Part shown: positions 19,437-28,034 of the stretch, in pieces | Numbering within the stretch: position 1 is the first letter of the stretch | Layout of the letters: the number at the start of each line of letters is the position of its first letter | DNA from: an uncultured Spirochaetota bacterium | GTDB lineage: Bacteria; Spirochaetota; B62-G9; DRHN01 | Assembly (NCBI GenBank): GCA_964583615.1 | Contig: CAZOWM010000002.1 | Coordinates: forward strand, 8,050 to 72,049 | Direction: 5' to 3' | Length of the DNA: 64,000 nt | Position numbers and translations under genes: made by a program | Notes under the pieces: model-generated | Databases searched by the model: none | What the model was told of the DNA's origin: nothing | The model's input: only the letters and a program-made list of their open reading frames with translations

Positions 19437-20492
19437 CTATGCATCGGGGGCTTTCTTGCCCTCCACTCCTGCCTGTTCGAACGTGGCCATCTCGTAGTAG
19501 AGGCGCACTGCCGCTTCTATCAAGCTGATGGCGAGCGCTGCGCCCGTGCCCTCGCCGAGCCGCATGCCGAGATCGAGAATCGGTTTTTTCCCCATGTATT
19601 CGGTGAATATGCCGTGTCCTTTTTCAGCGGAAAGGTGGGAAATGACGAAGTAGTCAGCGAGCCCGGGGTGTAGTTTCTGCGCGATAAGCGCCCCTGCAGT
19701 GGATATGAACCCGTCGACCACTGCAAGGCGCCTTTTCAGGGCAGCGCCGATGATGAGCCCTGCGATTCCTCCGATCTCGAATCCACCGACCTTTGCGAGC
19801 ACGTCGATCGGGTCGTCGGGATCGGGCCTGTTCAACTCTATTCCCGTGCGAATCGCGTCCATCTTTACGCTCAGCCCGTGATCGTCGATTCCGGTTCCCC
19901 TCCCGGTCAGTTCGTACACCTCCCGTCCGGTGATCACGCACGCAATCGCCGATGAGGGCGTGGTGTTTCCGATCCCCATCTCACCGGTACCGAGAATGTC
20001 GAAATCGGTTTCGAGCGCGAGCTCGATCCCGGTGACGATCGAGCGCACTGCCTGCTCCCTCGTCATTGCCGGTCCTTTTGTAAAGTTTTGCGTCCCGTAC
20101 CCGATCTTGCGGCTCACGCAGCCCTCAAGGCCGATCTCCCCCGCGACCCCCATGTCGACCACGATCACGTCGCATCCGGTGTGCCGCGCAAGAACATTGA
20201 CGCCCGCTCCGCCGCCGAGGAAATTCGCTACCATCTGCGCGGTTACGCTCTGCGGGTACGCGGAGACGCCCTCGTTCACCACGCCGTGGTCCGCGGCGAG
20301 CGTGAATATGACCTTTTTCCTGCAGGAAGGATCTTCAGTTCCCTGAACCGCGGCGCACTGCAGAATCAAAGACTCGAGCCTCCCGAGGCTTCCCACAGGC
20401 TTTGTCTGGGAGTCGAGCCGTTTCTGCACCTTTTCTGTGATCCCCTGGTCAGCGGGTTTTATCATTTTCAAGTACTGTTCGAGGTCTTTCAC
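19437..20492 (-). CDS. cobT: nicotinate-nucleotide--dimethylbenzimidazole phosphoribosyltransferase
   Basis: 351 aa. KPVGSLGRLE, GIGNTT and GGAG.N motifs of CobT. Confidence 0.85.
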   Translation of the reverse strand: MKDLEQYLKMIKPADQGITEKVQKRLDSQTKPVGSLGRLESLILQCAAVQGTEDPSCRKKVIFTLAADHGVVNEGVSAYPQSVTAQMVANFLGGGAGVNVLARHTGCDVIVVDMGVAGEIGLEGCVSRKIGYGTQNFTKGPAMTREQAVRSIVTGIELALETDFDILGTGEMGIGNTTPSSAIACVITGREVYELTGRGTGIDDHGLSVKMDAIRTGIELNRPDPDDPIDVLAKVGGFEIGGIAGLIIGAALKRRLAVVDGFISTAGALIAQKLHPGLADYFVISHLSAEKGHGIFTEYMGKKPILDLGMRLGEGTGAALAISLIEAAVRLYYEMATFEQAGVEGKKAPDA

Positions 20493-20538
20493 GCGCGAAA
20501 CCTCCAGACTTTTTGGGTGACAATGCGGGTGCGGTGCT

Positions 20539-21639
20539 TCATGAATACGATCTGTTCAGCCTCTTTTCCCGCTCCGCACGCTGCAGGGCGAGAGTGATGA
20601 GTCGGTCGATGAGCTCAGTCTGGGATACACCGCTTGCGGCCCAGAGTTTGGGGTACATGCTGATCGCGGTAAATCCGGGAAGGGTGTTGATTTCATTTAC
20701 GAGAACCTCGCTCTCCCTTCGGATGAAAAAATCCACCCGCGCGAGCCCCTCGCAGCAGAGGGCCCTAAATGTTTGAACGGCAAGCTCCCTGACCCTCTCG
20801 ATCACGTTGTGCGGCAAAGCTGCGGGGATTATGAGCTCTGCGCCCTCACTGTCGACATACTTCGCATCGTATGAGTAGAACTCGTGGCGCGGCTTCACTT
20901 CTCCTGGAAGAGACGCCTCCGGCAGTTCGTTCCCCAGCACAGAGCACTCGATTTCCCTTCCCTCGATAGCCTCCTCGATGATGATCTTCGTGTCGTACGC
21001 GAAAGCCTGTGCACAGGCCTCCGCAAAGTCTTTCTGTTCCCCGACCTTGGTTATGCCCACGGACGAGCCCAGGTTGGCGGGTTTCACGAAAAGGGGAATA
21101 CCCAAGGCGGTTCTCACCGTATCGAAATCGATCGAATCCTTCCTGTTCCAGGTGTAGACAAGGAACCCGGGGATGGGGATTCCCGCGTCTCTGAGCACGC
21201 GTTTCATGACATCCTTGTCCATGCCCACGGCTGTTCCGAGCACGTCCGCTCCCACAAACGGAATTCCGGAAAGTTTCAAAAGGCCCTGAATCGTTCCGTC
21301 CTCCCCGAACGTGCCATGAAGCACCGGAAACATCACGTCCACCGGTGCGACGGGTTTTCCGCCGCTGGTGTACAAAAACTTGTCCTTTTGAGCGCAGGGG
21401 GACACGAGCAGGGAGTCTGAAAAATCCGGGAGAGAACCGGCCTCGTCGGTTACAAAGGTCTGAAGGAAATTTTCGTCCCTTATGTGGTTCCAGCGGCCCG
21501 CCTTGTCGATCCCGATGAGCACGGGCTCGTATTTTTTTCTGTCGACCGCAGCCACGATATTTTTCGCGGACCGAAGCGAGACTTCATGCTCCGCTGAACG
21601 ACCCCCAAAGAGGATTCCCACCCTCGTTTTTTTCCTCAT
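20539..21639 (-). CDS. ddl: D-alanine--D-alanine ligase
   Basis: 366 aa. VGILFGGRSAEHEVSL N-terminus and ATP-grasp motifs (FVKPANLGSS). Confidence 0.9.
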   Translation of the reverse strand: MRKKTRVGILFGGRSAEHEVSLRSAKNIVAAVDRKKYEPVLIGIDKAGRWNHIRDENFLQTFVTDEAGSLPDFSDSLLVSPCAQKDKFLYTSGGKPVAPVDVMFPVLHGTFGEDGTIQGLLKLSGIPFVGADVLGTAVGMDKDVMKRVLRDAGIPIPGFLVYTWNRKDSIDFDTVRTALGIPLFVKPANLGSSVGITKVGEQKDFAEACAQAFAYDTKIIIEEAIEGREIECSVLGNELPEASLPGEVKPRHEFYSYDAKYVDSEGAELIIPAALPHNVIERVRELAVQTFRALCCEGLARVDFFIRRESEVLVNEINTLPGFTAISMYPKLWAASGVSQTELIDRLITLALQRAEREKRLNRSYS

Positions 21640-22886
21640 CGGCGCTCCGCCTCCGATGATTCGAAGATATCGTCAAGGGTCTCCCGCCGTCTGACGCAGC
21701 GCGCATTTCCATCCTTCACGATGACCTCTGCGGGCCTGGGGCGCGAGTTGTACTGCGACGCCATCGAGTACCCGTATGCGCCGGCGTTGCAGATGCACAC
21801 GATGTCTCCCTCTTCTAACACCGGGAGCTCTCTGTCCACGATCCCGTTTTCATCCCTGGTAAAGGTATCACCGGATTCGCAGAGGTACCCCGCGATGACC
21901 TGGGGAACCTGCGCGCCGCTGTTTTTTCCGCCGTGAAGAATATGGTGATAGCTTCCGTACATCGCGGGCCTGAGGAGGTGGTTGAACCCCGTGTTCACAC
22001 CGACGAATCTGTGTTTTTCACCGTCTTTCACTGCAGTGACGCTCGCGAGCAGGTATCCGCTTTCCGCAACGATGTACCGGCCGGGTTCGATAAGCAGCGT
22101 GAGTTTTTTCCCATAGGAATCACAGAATGCGGAAAACTCCTCTGCGATCAGCGTACCAAGCTTTACGATGTCGATCCGCTTTTCCTGTTCCCTGTAGGGA
22201 ACACCGATTCCTCCGCCGAAATCAACGAATGAAAGGTCCTGAAACCCGGATGCGATGTCCACCAGCACCTTCACAGCCTTTATAAACGTGTCGGCGGAGA
22301 GAATGCCCGACCCGATGTGCTGGTGGATTCCCCTGATTCTGAGCCCCCTCTCCCGGGCTGTGTCCATTATCTCGTCGACCCGAGAGTGGGGAATTCCGAA
22401 CTTGCTCTCCGGCCCTCCCGTGATCACGTGGTTGTGGTGCCCAGCTCCGACGCTGGGGTTTATCCGAACACACACCTCCCCCTTGGGGTGAGCATCGCTG
22501 AACCGTCTCAGATAGGAGAGGGAATCGATATTCACCATTACCCCCCGTTCCACCGCATACTCGATCTCTTCCCACGGGACGTTGTTTGCGGTGAAGAGGA
22601 TGCGCGAAGGGTCGAATCCCGCATTGAGCGCGGCCCGTATTTCTCCCGGTGAAACCGCGTCGATACCCGCACCCTCTTTGCACAGAATACGCATGATCTC
22701 TACGTTGGTATTTGCCTTGCAGGCGTATTTTATCTCTTTTGGGCGGTAGGTGATTGCCCGCTCCAGCTCGCGCACCCGCTCCCTGATGGTGTCCTCTTCA
22801 TATACATACAGAGGGCTTCCGAACTCCTCAACGAGCGCGTGAACCCCAACCCCGCCGATGAACAGCCTTTCATCCTGATAATTCAT
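21636..22886 (-). CDS. lysA: diaminopimelate decarboxylase
   Basis: Fold-III PLP decarboxylase. YACKAN (PLP lysine), GGGIGV and EPGR motifs. Start set at internal MNYQDERLF. Overlaps ddl by 4 nt. Confidence 0.85.
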   Translation of the reverse strand: MNYQDERLFIGGVGVHALVEEFGSPLYVYEEDTIRERVRELERAITYRPKEIKYACKANTNVEIMRILCKEGAGIDAVSPGEIRAALNAGFDPSRILFTANNVPWEEIEYAVERGVMVNIDSLSYLRRFSDAHPKGEVCVRINPSVGAGHHNHVITGGPESKFGIPHSRVDEIMDTARERGLRIRGIHQHIGSGILSADTFIKAVKVLVDIASGFQDLSFVDFGGGIGVPYREQEKRIDIVKLGTLIAEEFSAFCDSYGKKLTLLIEPGRYIVAESGYLLASVTAVKDGEKHRFVGVNTGFNHLLRPAMYGSYHHILHGGKNSGAQVPQVIAGYLCESGDTFTRDENGIVDRELPVLEEGDIVCICNAGAYGYSMASQYNSRPRPAEVIVKDGNARCVRRRETLDDIFESSEAERR

Positions 22887-23048
22887 CACTCCGTCCCGTT
22901 TTTCGTGATAGACCATAATGTAAAAAATAATCATACATCGGTCCATTAAAAACAGCATCCGTTTTCTCTTGCTTTCACGGAGTCATGGGGGTAAGCTTGA
23001 AATCTGTGCGTTTTTTCTGTGCCCGGCCATAGATAAGGGGACGGTTCA

Positions 23049-23477
23049 GTGGGTAAAAGACGATTTCCGAAACAGCCTGTTCTCGGTGTGGGGGCAGTGG
23101 TGTTCAAAGACGACTCCGTGCTCCTTGTAAAGCGGGGAAACCAGCCTCTTGCAGGCACCTGGTCACTTCCGGGAGGGGCCGTGCATCGGTCCGAAACGCT
23201 TGTGGATGCCGTTGTGCGTGAGGTGAAGGAGGAGTGCGGGATTGATATCGATGTCATCGATCTCATCAGGGAGTTCGAGTACATCGAACCAGCGATAAAC
23301 GGAAAAGTGAAGTATCACTACCTCGTTTTCGACTTCAAGGCGGTGTACAGGAGCGGCGAGCTTTGCTCATCCTCGGATGCAATAGACGCCCGGTGGATCC
23401 GTATCGGAGAGCTTTCTCTTTACGAGCTCACAGACTCGGTAACCGCAATAATCGGAGAGGCGGCAAAAAAAAGCTAG
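23049..23477 (+). CDS. NUDIX hydrolase
   Basis: Nudix box GGAVHRSETLVDAVVREVKEECG (GX5EX7REUXEEXGU). GTG start. Confidence 0.75.
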   Translation: MGKRRFPKQPVLGVGAVVFKDDSVLLVKRGNQPLAGTWSLPGGAVHRSETLVDAVVREVKEECGIDIDVIDLIREFEYIEPAINGKVKYHYLVFDFKAVYRSGELCSSSDAIDARWIRIGELSLYELTDSVTAIIGEAAKKS

Positions 23478-23559
23478 ACTCAATATTTTTCGTGATGCTC
23501 CTAAGAAGGAGCCTTTCGTGCGGGCCGGGTGATAAACCAATCAATAAGAGGGAAGCAAG

Positions 23560-24822
23560 ATGAACAAAAACCTCGTCATCAGGCACGCAGCGCAGGTGGT
23601 GACCTGCAGCGGCACACAGGCGAAGCGCGGAAAAGAGATGGCCATGCTCTCCCCCATTGAAGACGGGTGCGTGGTCATTGAGGGGGGGGGAATTACCGCA
23701 GTGGGCCGCACCGGAGAAATCGAAAAACAGCTGTGCGGGTTTACTGGAGAGGTTATCGACGCTGATGGAAAAGCGGTTTTGCCCGGATTCGTCGACTCCC
23801 ACACGCACACGATCTTCAGCGGTGACAGGGTGGAGGAATTTTCCTGGAGGCTTGTGGGAAAGAGTTTTTTGGAAATCCTCGAGCGCGGCGGGGGAATCAT
23901 CAGCACGGTCCGCGCCACTCGTGCAGCGCCCGCGGAAGCCCTCTATGAGGAGGCGTTTCTGCGGCTCGATTCAATGCTCGCGCATGGGGTCACAACAGTT
24001 GAGATAAAGAGCGGGTACGGGCTCGATTTGGACACCGAAATAAAACAGCTCGAGGTTGCGCGAAGACTTGACGCGACACATCCGGTTGACGTGGTTCCCA
24101 CCTTTCTCGGCGCCCACGCAACCCCGCCTGAGTATGCGGGAAACCAGGATGGATATGTCGATTTCATCGAGGACATTGTACTCCCCGCTGTGTGTGAAAA
24201 GGAGCTTGCCGAGTTCTGCGACGTGTTCTGCGATACCGGAGTGTTTTCTGTGGAGCAGGCGAGAAAACTCCTCCAGAGGGCAAAAGAGCTCGGCCTGAAG
24301 CTGAAGCTCCACGCCGATGAGATTGCCTGCCTCGGCGGAGCTGAGCTTTCCGCAGAGCTCGGCGCTGTGTCGGCTGACCATCTCCTGCACGCCTCGGACA
24401 GGGGGATCAACGCCATGGCTGAGGCGGGAGTGATTGCGGGGCTTTTACCGGGGACTGCGTTCTGCCTCGGAGAGCGGTTTGCGCGTGCACGGCACATGAT
24501 CGAATCGGGGCTTGCGGTGGCTCTCGCCACTGACCTCAACCCCGGCACCTTTTACAGCGAGTCGATCCCGTTCGTGTTCGCGCTCGCGGTGTTCGGCATG
24601 CACATGAGCGTTGAGGAAACCGTCACCGCTCTCACGATCAACGCCGCTGCAGCCCTCGGTCGCGCCGACAGAATCGGAAGCATCGATCCGGGGAAAAAGG
24701 CCGACCTCATCATCCTCACCCTTCCCTCCTATGTGCACATCCCCTACCGCACAGGAGTGAACATCGTGGACACGGTGGTGAAAAACGGCTCCGTGGTGTG
24801 GGACCGGAGCCGTGAGCGCTGA
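23560..24822 (+). CDS. hutI: imidazolonepropionase-family amidohydrolase
   Basis: 420 aa. PGFVDSHTHTIFSGDRVEEF is a metal-binding HxH and a HutI-like N-terminus. No other hut genes are adjacent. Confidence 0.75.
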   Translation: MNKNLVIRHAAQVVTCSGTQAKRGKEMAMLSPIEDGCVVIEGGGITAVGRTGEIEKQLCGFTGEVIDADGKAVLPGFVDSHTHTIFSGDRVEEFSWRLVGKSFLEILERGGGIISTVRATRAAPAEALYEEAFLRLDSMLAHGVTTVEIKSGYGLDLDTEIKQLEVARRLDATHPVDVVPTFLGAHATPPEYAGNQDGYVDFIEDIVLPAVCEKELAEFCDVFCDTGVFSVEQARKLLQRAKELGLKLKLHADEIACLGGAELSAELGAVSADHLLHASDRGINAMAEAGVIAGLLPGTAFCLGERFARARHMIESGLAVALATDLNPGTFYSESIPFVFALAVFGMHMSVEETVTALTINAAAALGRADRIGSIDPGKKADLIILTLPSYVHIPYRTGVNIVDTVVKNGSVVWDRSRER

Positions 24823-24860
24823 AGGCGAACGTCTGCTCAGTGAAGGCCCGCACCTGTCCT

Positions 24861-25514
24861 CTACCTGCTCCGAAACACGCCGACGCGGTCACAGTACGGA
24901 AACAGCCTGCACCGGGAGCAGAACGGAGAAACCGGAACGCAGAGGTTCTGCCCGTAGGTAACGAGCAGGTCGTTGTACTCGATCCAGTACTGCACCGGGA
25001 GTTTTTTTCGCAGCGCACACTCCGTCTCATCCGGATTTTTTGTGCTTACGTACCCGAGCCTGTTGGAAATTCTGTGCACATGTGTGTCCACACAGATGCC
25101 GGGCTTGCCGTATCCGAGAGTTACCACGAGGTTTGCGGTCTTCCTTCCCACGCCGGGGAATGCGAGAAGCTCATCGATCTCATCGGGGACCCTTCCTCCG
25201 TGCCTGGAGAGAATGATCGAGCATGTGTCGAGTATGTTTTTCGCCTTTGTGCGGTAGAACCCGGCCGGATAAATTGCTTCTTCGATTTCAGACCTGCTCA
25301 GCATGATCATCTCCTCAGGTGTGCCGGCCCGATCGAACAGTCGCCCTGCGGCCCTGCGTGTGACGTCGTCTTTTGTGCGGAGAGAGATCATCGTTCCCAC
25401 GAGGACACGGAATGGATCATGTGTTCTGGAAACCTCCGTGACGATGGGTACCTGCCACCTGTCACACTCCTCCCTGAGGATACGAATGACGTCGTGGATA
25501 TCGCGTGTATTCAT
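24861..25514 (-). CDS. nth: endonuclease III
   Basis: 217 aa. HhH-GPD (LAFPGVGRKTANLV) and C-terminal 4Fe-4S cluster CxxxxxxCxxCxxxxxC (CVPVSPFCSRCRLFPYC). Confidence 0.9.
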   Translation of the reverse strand: MNTRDIHDVIRILREECDRWQVPIVTEVSRTHDPFRVLVGTMISLRTKDDVTRRAAGRLFDRAGTPEEMIMLSRSEIEEAIYPAGFYRTKAKNILDTCSIILSRHGGRVPDEIDELLAFPGVGRKTANLVVTLGYGKPGICVDTHVHRISNRLGYVSTKNPDETECALRKKLPVQYWIEYNDLLVTYGQNLCVPVSPFCSRCRLFPYCDRVGVFRSR

Positions 25515-25613
25515 TCAGAGCACCCTCACAATATTCTCTTTGAAAAAACAATCCAATTATAGTACTATAGGAGAGCAGCCCGATTTCTGCAACCTCACAA
25601 TCGAAAAAAGACG

Positions 25614-26957
25614 ATGCCGGACACAGAAGTAATCAAAGAGCTCATCAATCAAAAGAAGTTCTATGATCTCAAGGTCATGTTCTCGGCGTTTCTTGCCCAG
25701 GACATCCCGGACATTATCGAACATCTCGAAATCGATGAAAAGATCATCGTGTTCAGGCTCCTGAAAAAGGAGACTGCCGCGGATGTGTTCTCCTATCTCG
25801 AGTACGAGGACCAGGAAGAGCTGCTCTCTCACTTCGGAATGGACAAGATCAAGGAAATCGTCGAGGAAATGGATCCGGACGACAGGGCGGAGCTTTTCGA
25901 GGAGCTGCCGGAAAAGATGGTGAAGCGGCTCACGCAGCTGCTTTCGCCTTCCGAGAGGGGAGCCGTCAACAGGCTTCTCGGGTATCCTGAGGATTCCGCA
26001 GGCAGGCTCATGACACCTGAGTTCATCCAGCTGGAAAAAAACAGCAGTGCCGACGATGCGATTCAAAAGATCCGGAAGATCGGCCTCAACAAGGAAACGG
26101 TCTACTATTCATATGTGATCGACGAAAACGGATTTCTCATCGGAATTGTAAGCCTGAAAGACCTCTTGCTCGCAGAACCGGAAACGAAGATCCCTGAGAT
26201 CATGACAACCAACATCGTGTACGTCAACACAACAGACGATCAGGAAGAAGTTGCAAAGGTGCTCTCACATTACGACCTCTCCGCGCTCCCTGTGGTCGAC
26301 AATGACAAAAAACTCGTGGGAATCGTGACCGTTGACGACGTCATGGACGTCATCCGGGAAGAGGCGGAAGAGGATTTCCACAAGATGGTGGGAATCGAAG
26401 CCCCTGAATACCCCTACTTCAACACGAAGTTCTTCGTGCTGGGAAGAAAACGCGCTCTCTGGCTGGTCGTGCTTTTAGTGATGTCCTATCTCTCATCGGT
26501 CGTGCTCAAGCACTACTCAGGTGTTCTGGAAATCCTCATTTCCCTCGCCTTCTTTATTCCCATGCTCACTGGCACATGTGGAAACACAGGTATGCAGTCC
26601 GCAACCCTCATCATCCGCGGCCTTGCCACAGGAGAGATCGAGCTCAATGACTTTTTCCGCGTGTTCTTCAGGGAAATCTTCATGGGTGCGTTTCTCGGGA
26701 TCATCCTGGGGTTGTTTTCGTTTGTCAGAGCCCGGTTCGTTGACGTCAACCCCTTTATCGGATTAGCAGTCGGGATCGCTGTGTTCATAAGCGTGATCGC
26801 CGCAAACATTATCGGAAGCGTTCTTCCTCTCTTCCTCAAAAAGCTCAAAATCGATCCTGCCATATCCGCAGGTCCTTTTATCACAACGATCATTGACGTC
26901 ACCTCGCTCATTCTCTATTTTGAGATCGCGCAGACCATCTTTGACCTCCGTTTCTGA
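25614..26957 (+). CDS. mgtE: magnesium transporter MgtE
   Basis: 447 aa. N-domain, tandem CBS and C-terminal 5-TM MgtE domain (GTCGNTGMQSAT motif). Confidence 0.9.
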   Translation: MPDTEVIKELINQKKFYDLKVMFSAFLAQDIPDIIEHLEIDEKIIVFRLLKKETAADVFSYLEYEDQEELLSHFGMDKIKEIVEEMDPDDRAELFEELPEKMVKRLTQLLSPSERGAVNRLLGYPEDSAGRLMTPEFIQLEKNSSADDAIQKIRKIGLNKETVYYSYVIDENGFLIGIVSLKDLLLAEPETKIPEIMTTNIVYVNTTDDQEEVAKVLSHYDLSALPVVDNDKKLVGIVTVDDVMDVIREEAEEDFHKMVGIEAPEYPYFNTKFFVLGRKRALWLVVLLVMSYLSSVVLKHYSGVLEILISLAFFIPMLTGTCGNTGMQSATLIIRGLATGEIELNDFFRVFFREIFMGAFLGIILGLFSFVRARFVDVNPFIGLAVGIAVFISVIAANIIGSVLPLFLKKLKIDPAISAGPFITTIIDVTSLILYFEIAQTIFDLRF

Positions 26958-26981
26958 ACTCAGCTGTAACGGTTTTTTTTT
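26948..26981 (+). terminator. possible weak intrinsic terminator after mgtE
   Basis: Short stem ccgtt/aacgg with a 15-nt loop, followed by a T9 run immediately after the mgtE stop codon. Confidence 0.3.
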
Positions 26982-27029
26982 ATTGAGACGAAAATAATAC
27001 TAGTGAGGTACACGCGGGGAAGGGGCGGA

Positions 27030-27947
27030 ATGGAGCAAAAACAGTCATTCATAGAGCGGCTGCACACCGGAGTTCCGCTGTCAGAGCACACGACATTCAG
27101 GATCGGTGGGCCCGCGCAGTACTACTTCGAACCGCGCACTCGCAGTGAGTTCAGCACGGCCGTTTCATGGGCCCTTTCGGAAAAAATTCGCCTTTTCATT
27201 CTCGGAGGGGGCTCGAACGTGCTCTTTCAAGACCGGGGCTTTCCGGGAATGGTGATCAACACGAAGCGACTCACAAAGATCGAAACAGAGGGCAGGTTCG
27301 TGAACGCCCAGTGCGGGGTCCGTATCGACGATCTTGTCGACCTGTGCCGCGATCACGCGTTTTCCGGACTGGAATTTGCGGCCGGGCTTCCCGGGACCGT
27401 GGGCGGTGCGCTTTTCATGAACGCGCGTGCGTACGGAAGCGAAATGGCGGACATCGTGGAAAACGTGTCTGCAATCAAAGTACGCGAGGGGACCGCATCA
27501 GACGTTGACATACCGGGAAATGCGCTCTCATTCTCCTACAAGTCGTCGATATTCCAAAAATGCCCCGTCTACGTGTTTTCCGTCCGCTTCGGGCTCACCT
27601 TCGGTGATCCCCGGGAAATCGGATCGAAGATCGAGCAGGTACGGGCCAAGCGGAAACAAATGGGCCAGAACAGCTTTCCCAACGCTGGGTGCATCTTTAA
27701 AAATGACTACATAGTGGGCGTGCCGAGCGGACAACTGATCGACGAGTGCGGCCTGAAGGGAAGGCGGGTGGGAGACGCAGAGGTGTACGAACGGCATGCA
27801 AATTTCATCATCAACAGGGGAAACGCAAAGGCCTCGGATGTCTACGAGCTCATAAAGATCGTGGAAAAAGAAGTGCTGAAAAAGAAAGGAGTGGCACTGG
27901 AGAGGGAAATCAAACTGGTCGGAGAATGGGACGACCTCGGGGAATAA
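27030..27947 (+). CDS. murB: UDP-N-acetylenolpyruvoylglucosamine reductase
   Basis: FAD-binding N-domain HTTFRIGGPA...ILGGGSNVL and a MurB C-domain. ATG at 27003 is an alternative start. Confidence 0.8.
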   Translation: MEQKQSFIERLHTGVPLSEHTTFRIGGPAQYYFEPRTRSEFSTAVSWALSEKIRLFILGGGSNVLFQDRGFPGMVINTKRLTKIETEGRFVNAQCGVRIDDLVDLCRDHAFSGLEFAAGLPGTVGGALFMNARAYGSEMADIVENVSAIKVREGTASDVDIPGNALSFSYKSSIFQKCPVYVFSVRFGLTFGDPREIGSKIEQVRAKRKQMGQNSFPNAGCIFKNDYIVGVPSGQLIDECGLKGRRVGDAEVYERHANFIINRGNAKASDVYELIKIVEKEVLKKKGVALEREIKLVGEWDDLGE

Positions 27948-28034
27948 AGGCTTCGGCAGGGTTTCGAAAAAATAACCGGTTTCTTTCTCTCATAAAGACT
28001 TAGAAATCGTATGAGGATGTGATATATTGATATT

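Noticed and set aside
25515-25613. Possible Mg2+ (M-box) riboswitch upstream of mgtE
   Set aside because: The leader is only ~100 nt, which is too short for the ~160-nt M-box. I could not identify conserved M-box elements by eye.
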